A stretch of 64,000 bases of DNA, taken from Candidatus Aldehydirespiratoraceae bacterium. Its GTDB lineage: Bacteria; Actinomycetota; Acidimicrobiia; Acidimicrobiales; Aldehydirespiratoraceae. Positions 40,850 through 51,006 of the stretch are shown here, piece after piece. A program made the translations under genes and the position numbers. The stretch's first letter is position 1. Every line of letters begins with the position of its first letter. The stretch lies in NCBI GenBank assembly GCA_965221635.1, contig OZ244902.1, forward strand, positions 1-64,000. Direction: 5' to 3'. Under the pieces are notes generated by a model. The model saw only the letters and a list, made by a program, of their open reading frames with translations. It had not been told where the DNA came from and did no database searches.

Positions 40850-41695
40850 TTACATCGTGAAGGCAAGGCTGCGGGCCGCTGTCTCGCCCCAGTGCGGATC
40901 GCCGCTCCAGGTGATCTCACCGGCGTCGATCTTCTGTTGAGGATCGACCCGCCCGCAGCCCAACATGATGAAGTTGGTGGAGTCCACCGTGAGCACCACG
41001 TCGGGCGATTCGAGATCCGCCGGGTCAACGGCGCGGGCGCGGCCGTCCACCACCACCGCAATGCTGCGTGCAAGGGGGCCGGTCACGTCAACTCGGAGGC
41101 TCATGCCGTCGGGCAGGCCGATCTTCTTGCCCACGATGAACCCGATGGATCCCTCGATCTCCTCCAGGGTGATCTCGGCGCCGGGGCCGAAATCGTCACC
41201 CGAGAGGCCCAACGGGATGGTGCAGTCGCGCACGTGTACCCAAAGGTCGAAGATGCGGATCGCCATGAACCGTCCGTAGGTCTGCACGCCAACCGGAGTG
41301 AACGACGGCACCGACATGTCGTCGTCGCTCAGCGAGGCCAGCTCGGCACGGCGGGCGTCGAGTATCTCACCCACCCGGGCGGCGAACGCAGCCGAGGACA
41401 GGTTCGGCGCCTCCGCGGTGAACTTCAGCATCTTGGCGAACGCGGGCGGGTTGTCGGTGCTCACCTCCCAGCCCAGAAGGGCGTCCTCCACGCCCACGGT
41501 GTGTCCGATCGTCTCGCGAACGGTCCAGTCCGGGCACAACGACTGAACCTGCCATTGCTCGTCGCTGAGCGAGGCACACAACCCCTCGATCTCGGCGAAG
41601 CAGGCTTCCATCGTTGCAAGCAGATGTTGACGGGAATGTTGACGCATGAGTCTCCTTCGGGTCACGCCCGACTGTGCAGGTGTCGAACCGGGCAA
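40850..41695 (-). CDS. Mycothiol-dependent maleylpyruvate isomerase-like (DinB/TIGR03083) family protein
   Basis: N-terminal DinB/MDMPI-like helical domain with the WTVRETIGH motif, followed by a C-terminal SCP2-like domain. An alternative start lies at internal M17. Confidence 0.65.
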   Translation of the reverse strand: MPGSTPAQSGVTRRRLMRQHSRQHLLATMEACFAEIEGLCASLSDEQWQVQSLCPDWTVRETIGHTVGVEDALLGWEVSTDNPPAFAKMLKFTAEAPNLSSAAFAARVGEILDARRAELASLSDDDMSVPSFTPVGVQTYGRFMAIRIFDLWVHVRDCTIPLGLSGDDFGPGAEITLEEIEGSIGFIVGKKIGLPDGMSLRVDVTGPLARSIAVVVDGRARAVDPADLESPDVVLTVDSTNFIMLGCGRVDPQQKIDAGEITWSGDPHWGETAARSLAFTM

Positions 41696-41841
41696 GTCTG
41701 CCGGTGACCTGAGCCGATGCGACCATCGGCGAGCACCCGGCGCTCACCACGGCATCAACGAACACCGCCCCGGTCGGCAATACTGAATCACACGGCCTGA
41801 TTGAACAGCGCCCCCGAGCGCCGACCTGATAGTGAGGTCCC

Positions 41842-43128
41842 ATGACCGACACCGCAACCATCACAGCCACCGAGAATCGACCGTCCACGGCGAAGCCGCC
41901 CGCCGAGGCCGCGCCGGCGGGCCCCTCAGCCGATGATCCTCAGCTTCGCAAGGTGGAGGACGCCATCGCCGCGCTGTTGGCCGAACACGACCCCCGTGCG
42001 GAGTCCAACATCGAGTTCCGCGGCCACCGCTACGACGCCGGCCTGGCGTGGGTGGACTATCCGGTGGGTTTCGGAGGTCTCGGCGTGCGACCCGAACTGA
42101 ACCTGCATGTGGAACGCCGCCTCCAACAGGCGGGGGCCAAACCGCCGGATCCGTCCACTTTCTTCTTGGCGCTCGGCGGCCCCACCATCGCCACCCACGG
42201 AACCGACGAGCAAAAGCGGCGCTTGCTGCGACCCATGTTCACAGGCGAGCATCGCTGGTGCCAGCTCTTCAGCGAACCAGGCGCCGGTTCGGATTTCGCG
42301 GGTCTCGGAACCCGGGCGGTGCGCGACGGCGACGAATGGGTCGTGAACGGCCAGAAGGTTTGGAACACACTGGCGCACATCGCGGACTGGGGCCTGCTGG
42401 TGACCCGCACCCATCCCGAACTGCCCAAACACAAGGGCCTCACCTACTTCGCCTTGGACATGACCCTGCCAGGCGTGGAGGTTCGCCCGTTGCGCCAGAT
42501 CACCGGCGAGGCCGAGTTCAACGAGGTGTACCTCACCGATGTGCGCATCAGCGACCGTGATCGCATAGGCCCCCCAGGCGCAGGCTGGGCGGTGTCGCTC
42601 ACCACGCTGATGAACGAGCGCAGCGCCATCGGCGGCGCATCCGGTGGCCGCTCCAAGGCCGGTGCGGTCACCGCCGACCTGGTGGCCGCCTACCAGCGGA
42701 TGGACGAGTCGGTTCAACGCCAAGCCGTTCGTGACGAGGTGATGAAGCTGTGGATCCGCGGCGAGGCGCTGCGGCTCACGAACATGCGAGCCTCACAGAA
42801 CCGCAAGGCCGGCAACCCGGGCCCGGAGGGATCGGTGAGCAAGCTGATGATGGCCGAGTTCAACAAGGACCTCACCGTGGCCGTGCTGGGCCTCGAAGGC
42901 GCCGCAGGCATGGTGGATTACGACTACTCGTTTCGCCGTCCAGGAGAGGTGATACTCAACAGCGCCGGCGCGGATCCGCATCACAGCTTCCTGCGGGCAC
43001 GGGCCAACTCGATAGAGGGCGGCACCAGCGAAATCATGCGCAACATCCTGGGCGAGCAGGTGCTGGGACTGCCCGGCGAGCCCCGAGTGGACAAGGGCAT
43101 CTCCTGGCAGGACGTGCCCCGCAACTAG
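41842..43128 (+). CDS. Acyl-CoA dehydrogenase
   Basis: The motif QLFSEPGAGSDF and the NGQKVW motif are typical of this family. The protein is 428 aa. Confidence 0.88.
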   Translation: MTDTATITATENRPSTAKPPAEAAPAGPSADDPQLRKVEDAIAALLAEHDPRAESNIEFRGHRYDAGLAWVDYPVGFGGLGVRPELNLHVERRLQQAGAKPPDPSTFFLALGGPTIATHGTDEQKRRLLRPMFTGEHRWCQLFSEPGAGSDFAGLGTRAVRDGDEWVVNGQKVWNTLAHIADWGLLVTRTHPELPKHKGLTYFALDMTLPGVEVRPLRQITGEAEFNEVYLTDVRISDRDRIGPPGAGWAVSLTTLMNERSAIGGASGGRSKAGAVTADLVAAYQRMDESVQRQAVRDEVMKLWIRGEALRLTNMRASQNRKAGNPGPEGSVSKLMMAEFNKDLTVAVLGLEGAAGMVDYDYSFRRPGEVILNSAGADPHHSFLRARANSIEGGTSEIMRNILGEQVLGLPGEPRVDKGISWQDVPRN

Positions 43129-43246
43129 CCGCCGGACTTCGATCCTGCACGAACCGCCAACGGCACTTGTGATCGCGCAAGGCTGACCTAACTCTTCCAA
43201 CCCTCACCGGTCGTCCGCTTGCGGCGGATGTCCCGCGCCCAAGGAG

Positions 43247-44119
43247 GTGCCCCGAATGCCCATGCCCACCGATGTGGGGATCATCGACACCATGATCGGA
43301 TTTCCCGCCGAGAACTTCGATCAGTACAACTTCATCCGCAGACAACTCAAGGACGCCGAATCCGCGGAGTTCGAGTTCCCCGTTGAGTACATGTTCAAAG
43401 CGGTGCCCAAAGAAAAGTACGGCGCAGCCGACCCGGTGGGTCTCACGCTGTCGGAGATGGACCGCTACGGCATCGAATGGGGAATGGTGGGTTGCGAGGG
43501 AGAGGTGGGCCGCAAGGCGCTGGCCGACCATCCCGACCGTTTCGTGGCCACATGCTCGGTGGACGCCAACGACGTGATGGGATCGGTGCGCAAGATCCGC
43601 CACTACCACGAAACTCACGACATTCGCGCCGTGGGAGCGTTTCCCGCGGGATGCGAACCGCCTGTTCCCATCGACGACGCCAAGTGGTACCCCACTTACG
43701 GGGTGTGCTGCGAACTGGACATTCCCATTTTCGTGTGCGCAGGGGTGCCCGGCCCGCGCCTGCCAATGGCGCCCCAGCACGTGGAACGCATCGACCAGGT
43801 GATGTACGACTTCCCCGAGCTGACGCTGGTCACACGCCACGGCTGCGAACCCTGGGAGGCGCTCGCGGTGAAGCTGATGCTCAAATGGCCGGGCCTGCAC
43901 TACTCCACCTCGGCGTTCGCGCCGAAGTACTACCCCAAGGCCATAGTCGACTACGCCAACACCCGGGGCGCGCACAAGATCATCTACGCCGGTTACTTCC
44001 CTATGGGTTTGAGCCTCGAACGGATAATGACAGACATGCCTCACGTGGATTTCAGGGATCACGTGTGGCCGCAGTTTCTGCGCGACAACGCCGCCCGGGT
44101 GCTGAAAATCGACCAGTAG
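43247..44119 (+). CDS. Amidohydrolase-2 family protein (ACMSD-like)
   Basis: TIM-barrel metal-dependent hydrolase family. The ATG is preceded by CAAGGAGG. Confidence 0.8.
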   Translation: MPRMPMPTDVGIIDTMIGFPAENFDQYNFIRRQLKDAESAEFEFPVEYMFKAVPKEKYGAADPVGLTLSEMDRYGIEWGMVGCEGEVGRKALADHPDRFVATCSVDANDVMGSVRKIRHYHETHDIRAVGAFPAGCEPPVPIDDAKWYPTYGVCCELDIPIFVCAGVPGPRLPMAPQHVERIDQVMYDFPELTLVTRHGCEPWEALAVKLMLKWPGLHYSTSAFAPKYYPKAIVDYANTRGAHKIIYAGYFPMGLSLERIMTDMPHVDFRDHVWPQFLRDNAARVLKIDQ

Positions 44120-44183
44120 CCCCCGTCTGTAACCGGAGCGGGGCGGGGCCCGCCCGGGCCGTGGGCGGACCGGGCCTGGCGGG

Positions 44184-44978
44184 TTACACGGTGTAGCCGC
44201 CGTCCACAGCGATGTGTTGACCGGTGATGTAACGGGCACGGTCCGACGCCAAGAAACAAACCGCTTCGGCGATGTCGGTGGCACGCCCGAAACTGCGCAG
44301 CGGAATGTTCGACCGGGCCACCTCCAGGGCTCGTTCGTCGAGATCACCCGACGCCATCAGCCGCTGCGCCATGCCGTCTGTGAGCATCCCCGGCCCGACG
44401 CTGTTGGCGCGCACCCCGAAACGTCCCTCCTCGGCGGCGATTCCCCGCACCAACGCCAACACGGCGGCCTTGGGCAGAGTGGAGAGGCCGTCTCGCACCG
44501 GGAACCGGTCAAGCGCGGCGGTGCTCACCGCCACCACGCTGCCCTTCGACGCCCGCAGGAATCCCAGCGTGGCGTGCGCCGCCGAGAAGAACCCCGCTGC
44601 GTCCGAGGCGAGCTGGGCTCGCACCAGCGACGGCTCAATCCGGCTCAGGTGAAGTTGGGGAATGTTGGGACCCGCCGCGTACACCAGCGTGTGGACGCCA
44701 CCGGCCTCGGCGGCGAGCGCCTCGATGGCGGCCGCCACCATGTCGTCGTCGTTGAGGTCCATTTCGGCCACGTACGCGTGGCGGCCGTTTTGTTGAATCG
44801 CTTCCACGGTGGCGTCGGCAGCGGCCACGTTGTTGCGGTAGGTGACCGCCACGTCGCTTCCCCGTTGCGCCAGGTGAACCGCGATCACCGCACCGAGCCC
44901 GCCGCTGCCTCCAACCACCACAGCGGCCCCCTCCCGGGAGGCGAAGTCGGCGCGAAGATCGGTTCCGTGTTCGTTCAT
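44184..44978 (-). CDS. SDR family oxidoreductase
   Basis: Rossmann motif VVVGGSGGLGAV. Total length 264 aa. Confidence 0.8.
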   Translation of the reverse strand: MNEHGTDLRADFASREGAAVVVGGSGGLGAVIAVHLAQRGSDVAVTYRNNVAAADATVEAIQQNGRHAYVAEMDLNDDDMVAAAIEALAAEAGGVHTLVYAAGPNIPQLHLSRIEPSLVRAQLASDAAGFFSAAHATLGFLRASKGSVVAVSTAALDRFPVRDGLSTLPKAAVLALVRGIAAEEGRFGVRANSVGPGMLTDGMAQRLMASGDLDERALEVARSNIPLRSFGRATDIAEAVCFLASDRARYITGQHIAVDGGYTV

Positions 44979-45192
44979 GACTCAATCGTGCCCACCACCG
45001 CTGCGAAGTCCACCGCCGCGCCGCGGCCCGGACGATGACGTTGGCCAACTGCCGGTGTGGCGCCGGGGTTTGCGCGGGCTTGCTTGCGGCCGGTGTGGGC
45101 TCTACCGGTTTGCACCTGCGCTGTGAGTAGCGAACCCAACGGTCTCCTGCCGCCAGGTCCCCGAAGCGACCGGCGACCCGGCAACCTTGAGG

Positions 45193-45630
45193 TCAACCAA
45201 GCGGAATTGTTGGACGGCTTGTTGGGTTGTTGGGGTCGCGTGGGGGGTGGGTGGTGTTGATCAGGTGGGTGGCCGCGTTGTCGAAGTAGGCGACCATGGC
45301 GGCGTGAATGTGATCGGGCAGATCCGCGGCGTCGAGCGCGGCTTGCATGTGACCCATCCAGGCGTTGCGCTCGTTCACGCCGATGGCGAACGGCGCGTGA
45401 CGCATGCGCAGGCGGGGGTGGCCCCGCTGGGCGCTGTAGTGCGGAGGCCCTCCCCAGTACTGAGCCAGAAATCCGGCCAGATGTGCCCGCGGGGCGGTGA
45501 GGTCTTCGGGATACATGGGCCGCAGCAGCGGGTCGCCTGCCACACCCTGGTAGAAGCGGTCCACCAACTGATCAAAGAACGCCTGGCCGCCCACCGCTTG
45601 GTAAACGGTGATCGCTTGTTGGTCTGTCAC
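45193..45630 (-). CDS. glbO: Group II truncated haemoglobin (trHbO)
   Basis: The motif FFDQLVDRFYQGVAGDPLLRPMY...HAPFAIG is typical of trHbO. Confidence 0.85.
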   Translation of the reverse strand: MTDQQAITVYQAVGGQAFFDQLVDRFYQGVAGDPLLRPMYPEDLTAPRAHLAGFLAQYWGGPPHYSAQRGHPRLRMRHAPFAIGVNERNAWMGHMQAALDAADLPDHIHAAMVAYFDNAATHLINTTHPPRDPNNPTSRPTIPLG

Positions 45631-45635
45631 CGCCG

Positions 45636-46094
45636 ATGATCCTAGGACGCCTCGTTAGGCTCGCCCGCATGGAACTGGTACCACTCGGCAAGTTCACCGT
45701 GACGTTGGCCCCCAAGGGCATTTTCGATGTTGGCGCCACCTCGGCGGGGCATCGCATGATCTTCGAGGTGTCCGACGGTCGCTTCGAGGGCGAAAGGCTG
45801 AACGCCTCGCTGAAGGGCTCCGCCGCGGCGGACTGGTCGACCACCGACGCCGCGGGCACGATCAGCCTCGACGTGCGCTGCCTGCTCGAAACCGACGACG
45901 GCGCGCTCATCTACATGACCTACACCGGCAGGGGCGACTTCTCGGCCGGGCCCGGCACCAAGCCGCTCTACACGGCGATCAACTTCGAGACCGGCAACGA
46001 CGACTACCGCTGGCTCAACAGCGTGCAAGCCGTTTCCAAGGGCACGTTCACCGGCCCGCTCGGGATCGTTTACGACGTTCACGAACTTCGCTGA
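45636..46094 (+). CDS. DUF3237-family protein
   Basis: Beta-rich protein of about 150 aa. The start may be an internal M (MELVPL). Confidence 0.55.
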   Translation: MILGRLVRLARMELVPLGKFTVTLAPKGIFDVGATSAGHRMIFEVSDGRFEGERLNASLKGSAAADWSTTDAAGTISLDVRCLLETDDGALIYMTYTGRGDFSAGPGTKPLYTAINFETGNDDYRWLNSVQAVSKGTFTGPLGIVYDVHELR

Positions 46095-46134
46095 GGCCGC
46101 GCCCGTCACTCTTGAAACCGGTCGGCCCCTTGCG

Positions 46135-46677
46135 CTACTCGGACGCTTGGCCCTGCTTGCCCCAGAAGGCCACCCAGGCGGGATCCTCGTAAGGAATTGA
46201 TCCTCTGCCCACCTGACGCTCGGGCCAGTTCGCCGGGGGCTGATCCAACGGCGACCGGCTGCGAGCGGCGCCGTACCACAACAAGTGCCGGCGGCGGGCG
46301 AACAGCCACGTGCCGTTGATTCTCGTATAGCGATCCTCGTACTTGATGAGCTGCTCGATGAAGCCCTCGCGGTGGTCGTCCACATGGGCGTGGCACCACA
46401 CCGAGCCGTGGGCCGCCACCGCGCTGTGGAAGTCCACGATGTGGTTGGTCACCAACAGCACCGCCACTCCCACCTGAGCAAGTGACTCCTCGCTGAGGCG
46501 ACGGCAGGCATCGGGCCCGGTGCCGTATGACCCGAAGCGGGCATCGGGAGCGAACAACGACACCATCAAGTCGATGTCGCGCCGGTCCACGGCGTCGGCG
46601 TACCGGTAAGCCAGTTGGCGGATCTCGTCACGGGCCACCACCTGCCACGCAGGGGTCACCACACCGAATTCACTCAT
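46135..46677 (-). CDS. SnoaL-like/NTF2-fold protein
   Basis: The segment IRQLAYRYADAVDRRDIDLMVSLFAPDARF is typical of SnoaL-like polyketide-cyclase or limonene-epoxide-hydrolase folds. Confidence 0.6.
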   Translation of the reverse strand: MSEFGVVTPAWQVVARDEIRQLAYRYADAVDRRDIDLMVSLFAPDARFGSYGTGPDACRRLSEESLAQVGVAVLLVTNHIVDFHSAVAAHGSVWCHAHVDDHREGFIEQLIKYEDRYTRINGTWLFARRRHLLWYGAARSRSPLDQPPANWPERQVGRGSIPYEDPAWVAFWGKQGQASE

Positions 46678-46684
46678 TGGGCCA

Positions 46685-46795
46685 CCTCATTGCGCCACCC
46701 AAATGCGCCACCCAAGTGCGCCACCCAAATGCGCCACTTCATTGGGTCACCTCACCGCGACCGCTCATTGCGCCACGCCCCAGCGGCGACGGTGC
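46685..46795. repeat. 13–14-bp tandem repeat (gcgccacccaaatg-like), about 8 copies
   Basis: Read between the SnoaL-like gene start and the 3' end of the inositol monophosphatase-like ORF, which it overlaps. Confidence 0.75.
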
Positions 46796-47574
46796 GCCCT
46801 GCGGGCCGGCACGGCCAGGGCCTCCAACACTCGCTGCGCGAGTTCGGGTCGGCAGATCACCAGGCCTTGTTGCCACGGGTCGGGATTGTTGAACCGCAAC
46901 GGCGTGCCGTCGGGGGCGCTCACGTGCAAACCGGCCGCCGCGGCCACCGCGGCCGGGGCGCAGGCGTCCCACTCGTAGAAGCCTCCGGTGTGGGCGTACG
47001 CGTCCACCTCGCCACGCACCACTGCCATTGCCTTCACCCCCACCGATCCCATTGCCACCACCTCGGCGTCGAGCGCGGCGGCGAGGCGGGCGCCGTCCAC
47101 GTTGCGCTGAGATCGCGAAACCACCACCCGGCAGCGGCCAACCCGGCACATCGTGGGACGCGCAGGCGGGTGCGAACCGAACGTCTCACCCCATGCGGGC
47201 ACCGCCACCGCACCGGCGATGGGTGCGGCGTCCTCGCACAGCCCCACATGCACCGCCCAGGCGCCGCTCCAGCCGAAATCGCGTGAGCCGTCCAGCGGGT
47301 CCACGATCCACACCCGCCGGTCGCTCAGGCGGCTGCCGTCGTCGTGGCCTTCCTCTGAGAGCACCGCGTCATCGGGCCGATGTTTGCCCAGCTCTTCGCA
47401 GAGCAGTTCGTGGGCCAGGCGATCACCGGCGTACTCCAGCGATCCCAAACCCCACGCCGCCGCGGCGTTCGCCCCGTTGCGCGGCTCGGCGCGCCCCTCA
47501 AGCAGCTCCAGCAGCCTCTGCCCGGTGATGTGGGCCAGCCTCGCCGCCAGGGCGTGATCGTCACCAGCGGTCAC
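46765..47574 (-). CDS. Inositol monophosphatase / 3'(2'),5'-bisphosphate nucleotidase (CysQ-like)
   Basis: Motifs WIVDPLDGS, EEG and WD...A. The C-terminal tail runs into the tandem repeat, so the exact 3' end is uncertain. Confidence 0.75.
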   Translation of the reverse strand: MTAGDDHALAARLAHITGQRLLELLEGRAEPRNGANAAAAWGLGSLEYAGDRLAHELLCEELGKHRPDDAVLSEEGHDDGSRLSDRRVWIVDPLDGSRDFGWSGAWAVHVGLCEDAAPIAGAVAVPAWGETFGSHPPARPTMCRVGRCRVVVSRSQRNVDGARLAAALDAEVVAMGSVGVKAMAVVRGEVDAYAHTGGFYEWDACAPAAVAAAAGLHVSAPDGTPLRFNNPDPWQQGLVICRPELAQRVLEALAVPARRAHRRRWGVAQ

Positions 47575-47644
47575 GACTCACCACACACCCAGGCCAAACC
47601 CCGGTGGAAGCCGCTGTTGACGGCCCGCGCGGCGCCGAGCCTCA

Positions 47645-48394
47645 TCATTCGCCCCGCAGCGGCGCTCGGTGCGCGAACACCGCATAGTCACCCCCGTCAT
47701 AAGGGCCGCGCTCCCACGTGGCCCAGCGGTGCGCCAACTCAAGCCCGGCATCCGCGGCGGCATGCTCGTAGCCGTTCACCCCGAGCGGGCTGCGGCTCAG
47801 CTGGAACCCTGCCAGCAAATGCCCTCCGGGTCGCAAGTGCCGGGCCATGTTGGCCACCACGTCGGCTTCGGTGCCCGGCGCCACGAACACCATCACGTTG
47901 CCGGCCATCACCACCACATCAAACCCGAACGCCGCAGGCGCAGTCGCCGTTCCCTCAGCACCCGAGGAAGTCTCAGCGCCGTGAGAGGCCTGACCGTGCC
48001 GGCCACCAGGTGACCCGACCGTCACGTCCACAAGGTCGGCGTGGATCCACTGCAACTGCGGCGCCTTGCGACGGGCCACCGCCAGCATCGCCGGATCGAG
48101 ATCCACGCCAACGGCCCGCACACCTCGCCGGTGCAGTTCGATCGCCACCCGGCCCGTGCCGCAGCCCGCGTCGAGCACAGTTTCGGGCTCGAACCAGCTC
48201 ACCAGGTCGGCCTCGCCGTGAGGCCACTGCCCCGAGGCCTCCATGGCGCGCCAGCGCTGGTCGTACACCTCGCCACGGGGGACGGTGCCCAGCGAGCCCC
48301 ACTTGCTGGAAGTCGGATCGGGCGGGGCGCTCGGCGACGGCACGTCTTGCGCATCGGCGCCACCGCTGCGCCCCACCACCGGCCCCGAAGTCAC
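47645..48394 (-). CDS. Class I SAM-dependent methyltransferase
   Basis: Motif I VLDAGCGTGR. Confidence 0.8.
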   Translation of the reverse strand: MTSGPVVGRSGGADAQDVPSPSAPPDPTSSKWGSLGTVPRGEVYDQRWRAMEASGQWPHGEADLVSWFEPETVLDAGCGTGRVAIELHRRGVRAVGVDLDPAMLAVARRKAPQLQWIHADLVDVTVGSPGGRHGQASHGAETSSGAEGTATAPAAFGFDVVVMAGNVMVFVAPGTEADVVANMARHLRPGGHLLAGFQLSRSPLGVNGYEHAAADAGLELAHRWATWERGPYDGGDYAVFAHRAPLRGE

Positions 48395-48649
48395 ATTTCG
48401 ACCATAACGGCGCGTCGGGGCAACCTCGCCACCCGCGCCTCGGCAGTCTCGCCCAAGCGCGCCACCCGGCCGTCAACGCTTTGCGCAGCTGCGGGCCCCC
48501 GCAACCACCAACAGCGCAAACGGCTAGCCTCGATCACAGGTCTGCGGCCCACAAACAAGCCGCGCATCAACGAGAGCGGACCCGACCGGGGTGACCAGTA
48601 TCTGTTGCCGGTGACCGCCGAGGTCGGCCCACCCCCCAAGGAGGCAGCA

Positions 48650-49954
48650 ATGGAGTTCGGGATCTTCCAAAACGGCTACATTCCCGGCCCGTCGGCTCAC
48701 ATACCCGCACATGAGCATCTGATGCTCAAACGCGAGGCGTCGTTTCCGATCCTTGCCGACAAGCACAACTGGAAGTTCGCCTGGTTCGGCGAGCATCACT
48801 GTCTCACCGAGTACAGCCACATGTCGGCCCCCGAGGTGATGATCGGCTGGATCGCCGCCCAAACCAACTACATCCACCTCGGCACGGCCATCACCAGCCT
48901 TCCCACCACCAAGGAGCACCCGGTTCGCATCGCCGAACGGGCCGCCATGCTCGACCATTTCTGTGACGGACGTTTCGAGTTCGGCACCGGTCGTGGCGCC
49001 GGCAGCCACGAGGTCGCCAGCTTCAACGGCACCGAAACCTCCGAAACGAAAGCCATGTGGGACGAGGTCGCCCGTGAGATTCCCCGCATGTGGGCACAAC
49101 GCGACTACTCCTATGAGGGCGAGCATTTTCGGGTGCCGCCCAACCACAACATCTTGCCGAAACCCCTCGACGGCACCCATCCCCCTCTGTGGGTGGCGTG
49201 CGGAAATCCCGCCACGTTCGCCAAGGCGGGAAGCCTCGGTATCGGCGCCATTGCGTTCAATTTCGAGCCCGCGCCGGCTTTGAAGGGACGCATCGACACC
49301 TACAAGGAAGCCATCGCCGGGTGCGAGGAGCCGCTCGGTTCCTACATGAACGACAACGTGATGATGACCAACGCCGTGGTGTGCCTCGAGGATCGTGACC
49401 GTGCCCGTGAGATTGCGCTCACCAGGGGCAGGGGCTACCTGTACTCGATGGTGTGCCTGTATCACGACACGATCCCCAAGAACCCGGCGGCGGCCACCTG
49501 GCCAGAACCGGTGCAGGGCCTGCCCAACGAGGAGTTCCTGGACTTTGCCATCGACGCCGGTTACATGCTGTGCGGCACACCAGAGGAGGTGTGCGAACAG
49601 CTCGCCAAGTCCTACGTGGCTGTGGGAGTGGACCAGTTGGTGTTCGGACTGCCCGGAGAGGGATTCGAATATGAGGAGATCTTGCAGATGATCGAGATCT
49701 TCGGTGATCAGGTGATCCCTGAGTTCGACACCGACCGGGTTCACTCCACCGAGCGTTACCGGGCCAACGCGGTTCGCAAGTATCCCGAATGGAACGCCGA
49801 GCCGCCAAGGTTCGATGTGACCTTGCCGGTGAGTGCCTCGATGCCAATCCCCTACAACGGCGACGCCACCGGAAACGGCGACGCCGGCGGGAACGGCGCG
49901 GGCAGCGTCTCAGCCCTTGATGAGGTCCACGGCGAGGCGGCACTCAGCAGGTGA
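48650..49954 (+). CDS. LLM-class flavin-dependent oxidoreductase (luciferase-like monooxygenase)
   Basis: The ATG at 48650 is preceded by AAGGAGG. The TIM-barrel LLM family fold is followed by a G/N/D-rich C-terminal tail. The upstream ORF-track start at 48041 is rejected. Confidence 0.85.
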   Translation: MEFGIFQNGYIPGPSAHIPAHEHLMLKREASFPILADKHNWKFAWFGEHHCLTEYSHMSAPEVMIGWIAAQTNYIHLGTAITSLPTTKEHPVRIAERAAMLDHFCDGRFEFGTGRGAGSHEVASFNGTETSETKAMWDEVAREIPRMWAQRDYSYEGEHFRVPPNHNILPKPLDGTHPPLWVACGNPATFAKAGSLGIGAIAFNFEPAPALKGRIDTYKEAIAGCEEPLGSYMNDNVMMTNAVVCLEDRDRAREIALTRGRGYLYSMVCLYHDTIPKNPAAATWPEPVQGLPNEEFLDFAIDAGYMLCGTPEEVCEQLAKSYVAVGVDQLVFGLPGEGFEYEEILQMIEIFGDQVIPEFDTDRVHSTERYRANAVRKYPEWNAEPPRFDVTLPVSASMPIPYNGDATGNGDAGGNGAGSVSALDEVHGEAALSR

Positions 49955-50944
49955 TCTCGCGGCGACGTTGATCATTGTCACCGGGGTGCGTCGCCACGCT
50001 TCGAGGCGTTCGGCGATCCGCCCGGGTGGCCCCACCAGGGAGATCTCGTCGGCGAACTCGGTGGGCACCGCGGCCACGGCCTCGTGGCGGCGGCCGGCCA
50101 TGAACAGATCCTGAATCTTGTGGGCCTCCTCCTCGAAACCCATTCGGGCCATCAGCTTGGTGTGATAGTTCTGACCTTTGGCGCCCATGCCGCCGATGTA
50201 GAACCCGAGCGTCGCCTTGGTGGGCGCCAAAGCGGCCTCGATGTCGTCGCCCACCCTGAAGTTCACATGCACCGCGATTTCGAAACCGTCGGGTGCGCCT
50301 GCTAGCTGATCGGCGTACACCTCGGGCCTGAACGGCGAATAGTAAAGCGGCAGCCAGCCATCGGCGATGGCCACGGTTTGTGCCACGTTGCGTGGCCCTT
50401 CGGCGCCGATGAACACCGGAATCCGCCCCAGCGGGTGGGTCATGATCTTGAGCGCCTTTCCCAATCCGGTGGCGCCGGGCCCGGTGTAGGGATGCCGGTA
50501 GTGGTCGCCTTGGTGGATCAGCCGGCCTTCACGTTCGAACACCTGCCGCAGGATCGCCACGTACTCGCGGGTGCGTGCCAGCGGCCACCGCGACGGCATG
50601 CCGTACCAGCCTTCCACCACTTGGGGCCCCGACACGCCAAGCCCGAGAATGGCACGACCGCCGGAGATGTGATCAAGTGTCACCGCGTGCATGGCTGTGG
50701 CGGTTGGGGTGCGAGCCGCGATTTGCACCACGCCGGTGCCGAGACGCACACGCTTGGTGTGAGCCGCGATCAGCACCAGCGGCGAGAACGCGTCCGAGCC
50801 CCACGATTCGCCGGTCCACACCGCGTCGAAACCGGCGTTCTCGGCGTCCACTGCCTGCTGCACGAGGCCTTCGGGCATTGCCCGTCCCCAGTACCCCAAC
50901 GTGAGACCCACCTGCACCACGCTGAACCTAACTCGCAAGTTCAT
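49910..50944 (-). CDS. LLM-class F420-dependent oxidoreductase
   Basis: The N-terminal segment VGLTLGYWG...GFDAVWTGESWGSDAF is typical of the LLM / F420-dependent family. Confidence 0.85.
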   Translation of the reverse strand: MNLRVRFSVVQVGLTLGYWGRAMPEGLVQQAVDAENAGFDAVWTGESWGSDAFSPLVLIAAHTKRVRLGTGVVQIAARTPTATAMHAVTLDHISGGRAILGLGVSGPQVVEGWYGMPSRWPLARTREYVAILRQVFEREGRLIHQGDHYRHPYTGPGATGLGKALKIMTHPLGRIPVFIGAEGPRNVAQTVAIADGWLPLYYSPFRPEVYADQLAGAPDGFEIAVHVNFRVGDDIEAALAPTKATLGFYIGGMGAKGQNYHTKLMARMGFEEEAHKIQDLFMAGRRHEAVAAVPTEFADEISLVGPPGRIAERLEAWRRTPVTMINVAARSPAECRLAVDLIKG

Positions 50945-51006
50945 GCCCGAGCGCCATTAGCCTGTGTGCAAGTTGCAGGCGGGGCAACCAACATGATCAC
51001 TCCTTC

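Noticed and set aside
40699-41073. Short ORFs translating the 18-bp repeat as QHQGA repeats (40699..41073 minus; 40516..40860 and 40575..40940 plus)
   Set aside because: Every frame of an 18-bp repeat is open, so these are by-products of the repeat period. They overlap the MDMPI-like gene or the MCM-like gene start and have no start-site support.
43034-44347. 437-aa minus-strand ORF
   Set aside because: Antisense to the amidohydrolase gene. Arg/Gly/His-rich.
47380-48594. 404-aa plus-strand ORF
   Set aside because: Antisense to the methyltransferase gene. Pro/Arg/Ala-rich with no motifs.
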